DNA of 64,000 nt from Planctomycetota bacterium (GCA_947501605.1 CANMWZ010000021.1:8603-72602); one strand, 5' to 3'; numbered from the stretch's first letter, positions 29,426-39,130 are shown. The notes: generated by a model from the letters alone, not told the origin. Translations and numbers: made by a program.

Positions 29426-30436
29426 TCACTTCACCGCCAAGCCTTCGGGCAACTCGCCGTTCAGCGCCTCGAGGAACGCGACGATCGATGCGACCTCGTC
29501 GTCCTTGAGCGTGCGGTTCAACTGGATCTTCGCCATGAGCGCAACGATCTCGGGCAGAGTCTTGACCGCGCCGTCGTGCATGTAGGGCGCCGTCTTGGCG
29601 ACGTTGATCAGCGACGTCACCTTGAACATCTTCTTGTCGGCCTCGCTCTTGGTGACCTCGAAGCGACCCTCGTCCTTCGACGGATACGCGGCCGTCACGC
29701 CGAGCTTCTGGTACATCTGCCCGCCCATGAGGCGCGTCGTGTGGCACGCCGTGCAGCCGACGTCGATGAACGTCTTCAGGCCGATCTTCTGCGGCGTCGT
29801 CAGCGCGCTGTTCTTGCCGTCGAGGAACTCATCGAACGCCGTCTTGACCGCGAGCTTGCGCGCGAACGCGCCGATCGCCAGCTTGGCATTGGCGGCCGTG
29901 ACCGTGTCGCCTGCACCGAAGGCCTTGCCGAAGGCCTCGACCAGCTCGGGCTTGCCCTTGATCTTGCCGACCAGGTCGGCGTCGTCGGCCAAACCGTGCA
30001 CCGCATCCTCGACCGTCGCGGCGCGACCGTCCCAGAACTGCGCGAACTGTCGATAGGCGTTGACCGTCGACAAGGCCTCGCGCTGGCCCTCGACCGGGGC
30101 CTTGGCGTTGGTGCCGTGGTTGGTCAGGTCGTGGCACGTCGAGCACGCCGCGTCACCGGTCTTCGACAGCTTCTCGTGATACAGCAGTCGGCCGAGCGCG
30201 GCCTTCTCATCGGTGACCGTGTTGTCGCTCTTCGGGGCCGGAGGCTCGCTACCGAAGAACGCCTTCAGCACTTCCTTGTCGAACTTCGGCGGTGCCGCCG
30301 GCTTCTTGCCGGGCTCCTGCGGCGATGCGACTGGCGCCAACTCGGCGATGACCTCGGTCACGCTGCCCGAACCGTCGGTCGCTGCGAGGAGGAAGGGGAC
30401 CAGGGCCGCCAACGCGAGGAGAGGCTTGTTGTTCAT
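29426..30436 (-). CDS. Diheme cytochrome c peroxidase/MauG-fold protein (atypical)
   Basis: Signal peptide; LGRLLYHEKLS, CSTCH, QFWDGRA, CTACH, TAPYMHDG. Confidence 0.88.
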   Translation of the reverse strand: MNNKPLLALAALVPFLLAATDGSGSVTEVIAELAPVASPQEPGKKPAAPPKFDKEVLKAFFGSEPPAPKSDNTVTDEKAALGRLLYHEKLSKTGDAACSTCHDLTNHGTNAKAPVEGQREALSTVNAYRQFAQFWDGRAATVEDAVHGLADDADLVGKIKGKPELVEAFGKAFGAGDTVTAANAKLAIGAFARKLAVKTAFDEFLDGKNSALTTPQKIGLKTFIDVGCTACHTTRLMGGQMYQKLGVTAAYPSKDEGRFEVTKSEADKKMFKVTSLINVAKTAPYMHDGAVKTLPEIVALMAKIQLNRTLKDDEVASIVAFLEALNGELPEGLAVK

Positions 30437-30490
30437 GGTGGTGTCGGACCGACGCCCCGAGGGTGTCAGCAATTTCGTTTGGCTGCGAAG

Positions 30491-31522
30491 TCAGCGCATC
30501 GAACGGCGAGCGGCCTCGCGGTATGCGCCCGATGCCTCCCTCCAGTTACTCTGGAGTTCGTAGAGCCGACCGAGTGCGAACCAGGCTGGCGCCCCTTCGC
30601 GCTCGAGTGCGCTGCGCAACAACGGCTCGGCCGCGTCGAGCCGCTCGACCGCGAGGAGCGCCTCGCCGAGAGCCAGCGCCACCGCGGTGTCGTCCGGGAG
30701 CTCGCGGTGCACGGACTCCAGCAAATCGCGCGCATCCGGCTGACCGATGCGCCAGGCGGCCACCGCCTGCCCAGCCTGCGCAGCGATGTCGTGGCCGTCC
30801 TCCGTGAGCATGGCTTCGAACTCCTGCAGCGCGTCCTTCGCCTTCCCTGACCGCAGGAGCTGCCAAGCCTGCAGCATCCGCGTTGCGTGCTGCCGCATCG
30901 CTGACGACGGCCCGAGCGACCCGTGGTCCTGCCGCGCGAGTTCTTCTTTCGTGATCAGGCCGAGCCCGACCTTGAGTCGCCCCGCGACCTCACGCGCCAA
31001 CGTGATGACGTAGCCGCGCCGCAATACGTCGATCACCCGCGACGTCCGATCCACGATGTAGACCGTCGGGAAGGCGATCATGCCCATGCGCTGGTAGGCG
31101 CTTCGATCCGCGTCCCAACACAGCCGGAACGGAGCCGACAGCTTCTTTGCCGCGTCGATGACCGCTCCGTCGCGTTCCTCGCCGCAGAAGACCAGCAGGA
31201 TCGAGCAGCGCCCGCGGCCATCGCCGAGCGTCTCGACCTGACTCGCCAATTCGTCGAGGAAGCGCACGCACAGTTCCTTGTCGCGGTGCAGGAACGCGAC
31301 CACCAAAGGCCCTTCGACGTCCTTGGCCTCGAGGGCCGCGTTCAGGGACGACGTCGAGTCGTCCGTCGCGAGCTTCAGCGGGAAGTCGGGCATCGGATCG
31401 CCCTGCTCGGGACGTTGGTGCGTAGCGGCCCCGGACTCGACCGGTGCCTGCGCTGGGGCAGCCGCGATCGCCGCCGCGAGCAGCAGGATCGAGAACCTAA
31501 GTCGGGCGAAGCAAGTCATCAT
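30491..31522 (-). CDS. Periplasmic redoxin (AhpC/TSA-like) domain + TPR protein
   Basis: Signal peptide; GDPMPDFPL, AFPTVYIVD (cis-Pro loop), C-terminal TPR helices; no CxxC. Confidence 0.75.
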   Translation of the reverse strand: MMTCFARLRFSILLLAAAIAAAPAQAPVESGAATHQRPEQGDPMPDFPLKLATDDSTSSLNAALEAKDVEGPLVVAFLHRDKELCVRFLDELASQVETLGDGRGRCSILLVFCGEERDGAVIDAAKKLSAPFRLCWDADRSAYQRMGMIAFPTVYIVDRTSRVIDVLRRGYVITLAREVAGRLKVGLGLITKEELARQDHGSLGPSSAMRQHATRMLQAWQLLRSGKAKDALQEFEAMLTEDGHDIAAQAGQAVAAWRIGQPDARDLLESVHRELPDDTAVALALGEALLAVERLDAAEPLLRSALEREGAPAWFALGRLYELQSNWREASGAYREAARRSMR

Positions 31523-31549
31523 GGCACAGTCCTCTTCACGGCCGGGTGG

Positions 31550-32929
31550 TCAGTACTTCTTGTCGCGCGGGCCGGTTCGATCGTACTCACGCGTCACGTG
31601 GCATCCCGGCGTGCACTGGCCGCCGCTCGTCAGCGGCACGTAGTTGGTCGGCAGGTCCCAGATGCCGAACGGCACCGCATCGCGGATGTGGAACGGATGC
31701 TGGCTCGCATGCACGTCGTGGCAGGCACGACAGGTGCGGCCCTTGCGGTCGCGATTGACGTGCACGTAGTGCAGATTGCGATCGCCCTGGCGGAAGTTCG
31801 TGACCGTGTCGGTGTACTTCTGCAGTACGCGCTCCTGCTCGTGGCAGCCAAAGCAGAGGCTGAACTCCGTCAGCTCGAACTTCTTGGTGTAGAACTCGGG
31901 CTCGTAGTTGCGCACGAGCATCCGGAAGTTGTCGGAGCCGTGCGGATTGTGGCAGTTCGGACACTGCCCCTCGCGGATCGGACCGTGGTGGTCCGGGTAC
32001 TTCTGCAGGTGGTCGCCGATGCCGACCAGCTTGCCGATGGGCTTCTGGTGGCACTTGAGGCACAGGTCGATCGGCACGGCCTCGAGCAACTTCGGTTCGT
32101 GCGAGCCGTGCACGTTGTGACAATTCAGACACGAGCGCTGCGTCTGGATCGCACCGTGCGGCGTCTTCGAGTCCTGAGCCATCTTCCGCACGTCCTCGTG
32201 ACAGCGGAAGCAGAGCTCGGGCACGGTCGCCCGCAGATGCATGCCGTTGTCGGCCCCGTGCGGGTCGTGGCAGTTCGGGCACGACTGCTGCACCGGCGGG
32301 TGTGTCACCTGCGACGCCGCGATGTGATTGCCCATCTGGTCGTGGCACGAGATGCACAGGGTCGTGCGGGGTGCCCGTAGGAACTGCTGCTCGTCCGAAC
32401 CGTGCGGGTTGTGGCACAGCGTGCAGGCGCCGACCGAGACCGGCCCGTGCGCCTGCTTCGAACGACGGACGTGTTCGCGATCATGGCACTGGAAGCAGAG
32501 ACTGCCGTCGTTCGGCTTCTTGAACAGGGTCGGCTGCGCGCTGCGGTGCGGGTCGTGACACTGGGTGCAGAGTCCCGTGCGATACGGGAAGTGCTCGTAT
32601 TTGGGCTGATTCTTGGGGTGGCACTGTTCGCACATCGACGGGATGTTCGCGAGCGTGATCGCCTCGAACGCGTGCTCATCCTCCTCGCCGCTTGCCGCGT
32701 GACACGTCGTGCACTGCCCTTCGCGCACCGGCGCATGCACACTGACCCCGGCTTGGTAGGTGTCGTGGCAACTGCTCGTCGTGCAGGTGCGGCCCTCGAG
32801 CTTGGCGGGCGGCGTGCGAACGGCTTCCGGCTCCTGCGGCGACGCCCACGCAATCGACGCGGTGCAGACGAGAAGGCCTATCGTGCGGGCCCACGCGAGC
32901 AGCCGACAGTTTTGAATGGGACGGTTCAC
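31550..32929 (-). CDS. Periplasmic multiheme cytochrome c (15 motifs; paired-CxxCH/DmsE-like repeats)
   Basis: Signal peptide; 13 CxxCH + CTTSSCH + CTPGCH; repeated HxP...CxxCHxPH...LCxxCH. Confidence 0.92.
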   Translation of the reverse strand: MNRPIQNCRLLAWARTIGLLVCTASIAWASPQEPEAVRTPPAKLEGRTCTTSSCHDTYQAGVSVHAPVREGQCTTCHAASGEEDEHAFEAITLANIPSMCEQCHPKNQPKYEHFPYRTGLCTQCHDPHRSAQPTLFKKPNDGSLCFQCHDREHVRRSKQAHGPVSVGACTLCHNPHGSDEQQFLRAPRTTLCISCHDQMGNHIAASQVTHPPVQQSCPNCHDPHGADNGMHLRATVPELCFRCHEDVRKMAQDSKTPHGAIQTQRSCLNCHNVHGSHEPKLLEAVPIDLCLKCHQKPIGKLVGIGDHLQKYPDHHGPIREGQCPNCHNPHGSDNFRMLVRNYEPEFYTKKFELTEFSLCFGCHEQERVLQKYTDTVTNFRQGDRNLHYVHVNRDRKGRTCRACHDVHASQHPFHIRDAVPFGIWDLPTNYVPLTSGGQCTPGCHVTREYDRTGPRDKKY

Positions 32930-33063
32930 TGTCGATGGTGCGGCGACGAGAGAGAGGCGAGGGTGGTTGCGCGCAATCGCGCGGATGCATCCACTTTGTG
33001 AAATACGACAGCGACATCCGAATTGCGTCTTCGTCGACCTGCACGCGAGGTGCGACCTCGTTC

Positions 33064-35835
33064 ATGCGGCCCGTCCTCCTCATCCTCCTCACCACCGGTC
33101 TCGCCGCTAGCACTTCGGCCCAGGACGCAGCCGCAGGCCGAGCCACCTACGAGTGGATCTGCATGGCCTGTCACGGTCCAGAGGCCGAGGGACAACAGGC
33201 CCTGCACGCGCCGTCCCTGCGCCTCCAAGAAGACTGGTACCTAGAGGCGCAGCTCGAGAAGTTCCGCGCCGGCGCGCGCGGCGCGCATCCCGACGACACG
33301 ACGGGTTCGCCGATGCGGCTGACGGCGACCGTGCTCGACGACGACAACATCCGCGACGTCGTGGCCTACGTCGTGTCGCTCGGCAAGAGGGGACTGCCGC
33401 CAACGCAGCACTCACTGGCCGGCGATGCGACGCGCGGCCAGACCCTCTATGCGATGTGCGCTGCGTGCCACGGCGCCGACGGTCGCGGCAATCCCGCGCT
33501 TCGTGCCCCGGGGCTCGCGGGACAATGGGACTGGTACCTCGCGCGCCAACTCGGCAAGTTCCGCAGCGGCGCTCGCGGCGGCGATCCGCGCGATGTCTAT
33601 GGCGCGCAAATGGCACCGTTCGCGCGTTCGCTGCCCGACGACGAGGCGATCGTCGACCTCGTTGCTTACATCCGCTCGTTGCCGCCGCCATTGCCCGAGA
33701 AGCCACCTGCAGCTCCGAACCCCGAGAACGGCGCGCGCGAGTTCCAGATCTGTGCCTCGTGTCACGGCGACCAGGGCCAGGGCAACACGGCCTTCCACGC
33801 CCCGTTCCTCGGCGCGCAGGGCACTTGGTACGTCGTGCGCCAACTGCAAAACTTCCGCCGCGGCGTCCGCGGTGTCGAGCCCTCCGACGTGTTCGGCACG
33901 CAGATGCGCGCGCTGATGGCGAACGTCGACGACCAGACGATCCTCGACCTCGCGGCCCACGTCGCCGCACTGCCGCCGCGACCGCAGACCAATGGACTGA
34001 CCGTGGCGGGCGCCGATCTCGCACTCGGCGAGCAGATCCACAAGAAGACCTGCTCCCCGTGCCACGGCGCGCAAGGCGAGGGCAACCGCGTTCTCAGCGC
34101 TCCCGCACTCGCCGGCCAGGATGCCGCCTACCTCGTGCGCCAGCTCGACGCATTCCGCCGAGGCCTGCGCGGTGCCGACCTGCGCGACCCACCCGGCCGC
34201 ATCATGCGGGCCTGGTCCGCGAGCCTCGCCAACGAACACGAAGTGCACAGCGTCGCTCTGTTCCTCGCCGGGCTCGAACCCGTCCGCGCCGACGATCACG
34301 CCGCGCCCGACAAGGCCGTCGTCGCCCTCGCCGCGGCGCCGCCGCCGATCGGCCCCGACCCGACGGCGCCGCGCGTCTGGCCCAAGGGACTGCTGGCGCC
34401 GCGCAAGGACCAGCCAGTCGAACCCAAGCCGGCGACCGGCCCGAGTCTGACGCCCGCTCCGGAAGAGCCGGCCGCGGCACAACCGGTTGCGACCATCGAA
34501 ATGCCGGCCCCCGATGCGCCCCCCACCGGTGCCAGCCTGTTCGCGACGTGCATCGGCTGTCACGGCACCGCGGCCCAGGGCAATGCGAAGTTGCGCGCAC
34601 CGGTGCTCGCCGGACTGGGCAGTTGGTACGTCACCGAACAACTGAAGAAGTTCCGCGCCGGCTGGCGCGGCGCCCACCCGATGGATGCCGCTGGCTCGAG
34701 CATGCGGCCCATGGCCGCAACCCTGCCCGACGAGGACGCGATCCGCATGGTCGCGGACCACATCGGCAGCCTGCCGATCGCCGAGCCGGACGCGCCGCGA
34801 CTGCGCGGCAATGCCGCCCGCGGCGCTTCGCTGTATGCGGCCTGCGCCGGCTGTCACGGCATCGACGGCAAGGGCAACGAGGGGCTGAAGGCCCCGGCGC
34901 TCCTGCATCAAGCCGACTGGTACCTCGCGACGCAGTTGCGCAACTTCAAGTCGGGAGCCCGCGGCGCCCATCCGGCTGACTCTGCGGGCGGGATGATGCG
35001 GCCCATGGCTGCGGGCCTCGCCGACGAGACGGCCATCGCCGACGTCGTGACCCACATCGTCACGTTGCGCGGCGGCACGCCACCGGTTGCCGAGGGCAGT
35101 GAAGCGGCGGTCGCCACTCCGGCCGAGGAGAACCCCGCTCCAGCGGAAGGCGAACCCGCGAGCGAAGAGGACACTACCACCGACGAGACCGCGGCCGCGA
35201 CGAACGTCGTGCTCGCCGGCGACGCGGCGAAGGGGCAGGCCCTGTTCGCGACCTGCATGGCCTGCCACGGCACGGACGGCCGCGGCAACGAGGCCCTGCA
35301 GGCGCCACAGATCGCCGGGCAGGAACCCTGGTACCTCTCGACGCAGCTGCGCAACTTCAAGAACGGCGTGCGCGGCGCCCACCCGCAGGATGTGAAGGGC
35401 ATGCAGATGCGGCCGATGGCCATGATGCTCGCCGACGATCAAGCGATCGCCGACGTCGCAGCCCACGTACACGGCCTGCAGCCGGGCTCCGGCAAGATCA
35501 CGCTGGGTGGTGATGCGACCAAGGGCCAGCAGCTCTACACCTCGTGCATCGCGTGCCACGGCATGGACGGGAAGGGCAATGCCGCACTCAAAGCGCCGTC
35601 GCTGGCCGGGCAGCAGGACTGGTACCTCGCGCGCCAGCTGCTGAACTTCCGCGCCGGGATCCGCGGGGCGCACCAGGACGATGCCGCGGGTGCGCTGATG
35701 CGGCCGATGGCCGCGACCCTCGCCGACGAAGTGGCGATCCACGACGTTGCTGCCTATCTCGCGACGCTGGGGCGCACTGCCGACGAAGCCCGAGAACCGA
35801 AGGCGCCAGAGACCCCCAAAGAGGACGACAAGTAG
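33064..35835 (+). CDS. Octaheme concatemer of eight class I cytochrome c (c4/c553-like) domains
   Basis: Signal peptide from ATG 33064; 8x CxxCHG..G.G...APxLAGQ..WY...QL..F..G.RG...M. Confidence 0.9.
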   Translation: MRPVLLILLTTGLAASTSAQDAAAGRATYEWICMACHGPEAEGQQALHAPSLRLQEDWYLEAQLEKFRAGARGAHPDDTTGSPMRLTATVLDDDNIRDVVAYVVSLGKRGLPPTQHSLAGDATRGQTLYAMCAACHGADGRGNPALRAPGLAGQWDWYLARQLGKFRSGARGGDPRDVYGAQMAPFARSLPDDEAIVDLVAYIRSLPPPLPEKPPAAPNPENGAREFQICASCHGDQGQGNTAFHAPFLGAQGTWYVVRQLQNFRRGVRGVEPSDVFGTQMRALMANVDDQTILDLAAHVAALPPRPQTNGLTVAGADLALGEQIHKKTCSPCHGAQGEGNRVLSAPALAGQDAAYLVRQLDAFRRGLRGADLRDPPGRIMRAWSASLANEHEVHSVALFLAGLEPVRADDHAAPDKAVVALAAAPPPIGPDPTAPRVWPKGLLAPRKDQPVEPKPATGPSLTPAPEEPAAAQPVATIEMPAPDAPPTGASLFATCIGCHGTAAQGNAKLRAPVLAGLGSWYVTEQLKKFRAGWRGAHPMDAAGSSMRPMAATLPDEDAIRMVADHIGSLPIAEPDAPRLRGNAARGASLYAACAGCHGIDGKGNEGLKAPALLHQADWYLATQLRNFKSGARGAHPADSAGGMMRPMAAGLADETAIADVVTHIVTLRGGTPPVAEGSEAAVATPAEENPAPAEGEPASEEDTTTDETAAATNVVLAGDAAKGQALFATCMACHGTDGRGNEALQAPQIAGQEPWYLSTQLRNFKNGVRGAHPQDVKGMQMRPMAMMLADDQAIADVAAHVHGLQPGSGKITLGGDATKGQQLYTSCIACHGMDGKGNAALKAPSLAGQQDWYLARQLLNFRAGIRGAHQDDAAGALMRPMAATLADEVAIHDVAAYLATLGRTADEAREPKAPETPKEDDK

Positions 35836-38800
35836 TGGCTCTGCTGACGCGGCTCGGTCACCCGCTCGTGACGGTGGCGCTGACTGCAGTGCTGACACTC
35901 ATCCTCGGCGTCGGTGCCTTGGTCGCAGCCGCGCGCGGCAGCGCGCACGCGCGCGCGCTGGTCTTCGACCTACCGCTCCTCGACGCGCTCCTCTGCGTCT
36001 GTGCGCTGCACCTGCTGCTCGCCCTCGTCTCTCATTGCCGCCGCGGCCTCGCCCAGTGGTACTTCGCGTGCCTCGATGCGGGATTGCTGCTGCTCGCTCT
36101 CGGCACACTGTTGACCCGACTTCTCGGCGCGATCGGCAGCGCGACCCTCGCGGTGGGAGGAACGGCGAACGCCTTCGAGCTCCCTGGCACCGAACTGCAC
36201 GCGCGCTGGGGTGCGGATCGCGAGGCCGTGGCCGATCTCGGGGTCGTGCCGCCCACGGGCCCGGTGCATTGGCAAGGCGACGAGGGACCGCTCGTTCACA
36301 TCGTCGACGTCGCGACCGACGCGGAACTGCAGGTAGGCATCGGCCCGGGCGCTGCCGCCGACGGCCCTGGGGTCGCGCTGCGGTTCGGCACGCTGAGCAC
36401 CTCGTTCTCGACCTGGTTGCTCGGCAGCACGCCGTTCTTCCGGCAGAAGCAGGTGGGCCCCGTCGACGTCGAGTATCTCGTGGCACCCGACGACACCACG
36501 CTGCAGGGTTGGTTGCCCGCGCAGGCGACCGACGACGGCCAGGTCACGGTCGTGTTCGCCGGAAGCGGCGAGCGATTGGTGCTCGATCTGCCGCGCGAGG
36601 TCGCGAGCGAACGCAGAGTCGGCGACGTCACCGTGGTCGCGCACCGCTACCTCCTGCATGCGCGCCTGATCGGCGAGCAACTCGTAGACGACGTATCGGC
36701 ACCGGTCAATCCGGCCGCCGTCGTCGCAGTGCGGCGCGGCGAGGTCGTCGAGACCCACACCGTGTTCAGCCAGCAACCGGAGTTCAACCTCATCGCCGGC
36801 CGCGGCCAGAATGGCCTCGTCGACGCGATCGAGCTCGCGGCAAACGGAGTAGGCAAGCAACGCCGCGTGCGCATTCTCGGTGCGAAGAACGGACGGCACT
36901 TCGTGCAAGTGCTGACCTCGACCGCACGCGGCGAGGCGTGGCCGCTCGAGCTCGGACGATCGGTCGTACTCGGCGACCTCGGCCTCGACGCCATGCTCGA
37001 GAAGTTCCTGCCGCACGCGACAGCACGCGCGTGGCCCAGACCAGCGGCGCGAATGGGCAGCGGCAGCGACTTCGTGTGCATCGCCAAGGGAACTCCGGAC
37101 ACCACGACGGGCGCGGAGTGGCTGCGAATCGGCGCCGATGCCACGCTCCAGATCGACGGCGCTCCAGTCGTGCTGACCTACCGCGCGCGGCGCGCGAAGT
37201 TGCCCTTCGACCTGAGCGCCATGTCGGCCACCGTCGATCGTCGACCCGGCAGTTCCCTGCCTTCGCGATACACGAGCGAACTGGCGATCCGCGACGGCAG
37301 CGCACCAGCGCAACGCGTGACGCTGGGCAATCACGCGCCGACCGACTGGTTCGGCCACCGTCTCGTGCACCGCGGCTACGCCCCGGGTCAGGGCGACCAG
37401 CCGGCGACCATCGTGCTCGCAGTCGGTCTCGAGCCCGGCCGCCACCTCGTGCACGCGGGGCTACTCCTCCTGCTTCTCGGCGCGTTCGGCCTATTGCTGC
37501 GCCGCGCGCCTCGTTCGCACTCCTCAGGACTGACATGGCTGGTGTCCGCCGCCGCGCTGCTCGCACCGCTGTCGGCCCAGTCCTTCTCTGCACTGCCGCT
37601 CGACTCCACGCGAGACTGGCCCGTCCAGCACGACGGTCGTCTGCAACCCCTCGAGTCCTGGGCCCGCGCACAGCTCGCGGCGATCGGCGGCCCCGCGGCG
37701 CGCGACATCATCGAGCCCCTCGAGTTCGTGTGGGCTCTGCAGTTCGCGCCGGCGAGCGTGCGCCTGATGCCACTCGTCCGGGTGACCGGGACGGAACTGC
37801 GCCGTTCGCTGCAACTGCCAGAGGACCGCCGCAGGATGTCGTACGACGCACTGCTGGCCGACGCGGCGTTTCGTTCACTCGTCGAGGCCGCGCAGGCCGA
37901 CTTGCCAGAGGGCGCAGAACGGCTGCCCGTGGCGCAGCAGGCACTCGAGGTCTACGAGCGGCTACTGGCGATGGCCGCGATCACGGACGGAACCGCGCTT
38001 CGGATGCTGCCGACCGGTCGCGCCGATGGTTCGTTTGCGAGTCTTGCCGATTTGCGCGGCGACGGGTCGGCGCAGGCAACGCGACTGCTCGCTGAACTGC
38101 AGGCGATCGCTGCGGCCGCGCGCGCGGGCGATGCCGCGGGCTTCGGGGCGCACGCCGCCGCCTTCCGCCGACTCGTCGACGACGCCAACGGCGGCAGCAT
38201 CGCCGGCGCGGCCGAGCGGCAATGGGAACTCATGCACGCCGACCTCGATGCGTCGACGCGCGCCCTCTTGCTGTACCTGTTGGCGACCGTGCTCCTGCTA
38301 TGGCCCACGCGTTCGCACTGGCCTGCGCGATTCGGTGCCGCGGCGCAAGGAGCAGGCCTCTTGCTCCAGGTGGCGAGCGCCCTCGCGAGCGCCGCTGCGA
38401 CCGGCCGACTGCCGGTCGCGTCGCCACCAGAAGGGCTGCGCTTCGCGGCTTTGGCGGCAGTGGCCGTCGCGTTCGCACTCTCCTTTTGCGCGAAGCGCAC
38501 GGCACCGCTCGCGGCCGCTTCGCCGTTCGCGCTGACCGCTCTGCTGCTCGCGGCCGGGGCGCCGACCAGCGATCCGTTCGGAGTGCTGCCCCCAGGACTT
38601 GCCGACACGGCTTGGCTGTCCGTGCACGGCGCTGCGAACGCAGCCGCATTCGGCGCACTGGCCCTTGCGGCACTTCTGGCGCACGGCGTCGCCCTGCGAC
38701 CGACCGACGAACGCCTGCTGCGCGCAATGACCGCGGCGCGCTTGCTCGGCACGGCCTTGCTGATCGTCGGCATCGCCTCGGGCGTGGCGTGGGCCGAGCG

Positions 38801-39110
38801 CGGTTGGGGCCGCCAGTTCGGCTTCGAGGCGAAGGAGATCTGGACCGCGGCAACCGGGCTGATCCACATAGCCCTTCTCGTGCTGTTCGCGCACGGACGC
38901 TGGTCTGCGTCCGCACAGGCGAATGCGACCATCGCCGCATTCGCACCCGTCGTCGGCACTTGGCTGCTGCTCGACTCCCTGTATCGCCCCGGCCTGCACA
39001 CGCAAGCTGCCCCGGTCGGCGTCGGCCCGATCCTGGTCTGGTTCTCTCTCGAAGTGGCGTTCGTGGCCTTTGCCGCGCTGCGGCGGCGGTTCGCTCGACT
39101 ACCGGCCTGA
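35835..39110 (+). CDS. Fused system II cytochrome c biogenesis protein (ResB/CcsB + CcsA/ResC-like)
   Basis: GTG overlapping upstream TAG; ResB-like YTSEL...NHAP; VQHDGRLQPL; WLSVH, WAERGWGRQFGFEAKE, GLH. Confidence 0.82.
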   Translation: MALLTRLGHPLVTVALTAVLTLILGVGALVAAARGSAHARALVFDLPLLDALLCVCALHLLLALVSHCRRGLAQWYFACLDAGLLLLALGTLLTRLLGAIGSATLAVGGTANAFELPGTELHARWGADREAVADLGVVPPTGPVHWQGDEGPLVHIVDVATDAELQVGIGPGAAADGPGVALRFGTLSTSFSTWLLGSTPFFRQKQVGPVDVEYLVAPDDTTLQGWLPAQATDDGQVTVVFAGSGERLVLDLPREVASERRVGDVTVVAHRYLLHARLIGEQLVDDVSAPVNPAAVVAVRRGEVVETHTVFSQQPEFNLIAGRGQNGLVDAIELAANGVGKQRRVRILGAKNGRHFVQVLTSTARGEAWPLELGRSVVLGDLGLDAMLEKFLPHATARAWPRPAARMGSGSDFVCIAKGTPDTTTGAEWLRIGADATLQIDGAPVVLTYRARRAKLPFDLSAMSATVDRRPGSSLPSRYTSELAIRDGSAPAQRVTLGNHAPTDWFGHRLVHRGYAPGQGDQPATIVLAVGLEPGRHLVHAGLLLLLLGAFGLLLRRAPRSHSSGLTWLVSAAALLAPLSAQSFSALPLDSTRDWPVQHDGRLQPLESWARAQLAAIGGPAARDIIEPLEFVWALQFAPASVRLMPLVRVTGTELRRSLQLPEDRRRMSYDALLADAAFRSLVEAAQADLPEGAERLPVAQQALEVYERLLAMAAITDGTALRMLPTGRADGSFASLADLRGDGSAQATRLLAELQAIAAAARAGDAAGFGAHAAAFRRLVDDANGGSIAGAAERQWELMHADLDASTRALLLYLLATVLLLWPTRSHWPARFGAAAQGAGLLLQVASALASAAATGRLPVASPPEGLRFAALAAVAVAFALSFCAKRTAPLAAASPFALTALLLAAGAPTSDPFGVLPPGLADTAWLSVHGAANAAAFGALALAALLAHGVALRPTDERLLRAMTAARLLGTALLIVGIASGVAWAERGWGRQFGFEAKEIWTAATGLIHIALLVLFAHGRWSASAQANATIAAFAPVVGTWLLLDSLYRPGLHTQAAPVGVGPILVWFSLEVAFVAFAALRRRFARLPA

Positions 39111-39130
39111 GCCTGCGACTGCCGCAGACT

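Noticed and set aside
32996..33013. Rex/CRP-like box TTGTGAA
   Set aside because: Only a half-site; no matching TTCACAA/TCACA arm.
33412..35898. Long antisense or alternate-frame ORFs (e.g. 33412-35898, 22393-24603, 52083-54404, 54280-56904, 40347-42359)
   Set aside because: Shadows of real genes in high-GC DNA; no motifs, Arg/Ala/Gly-rich.
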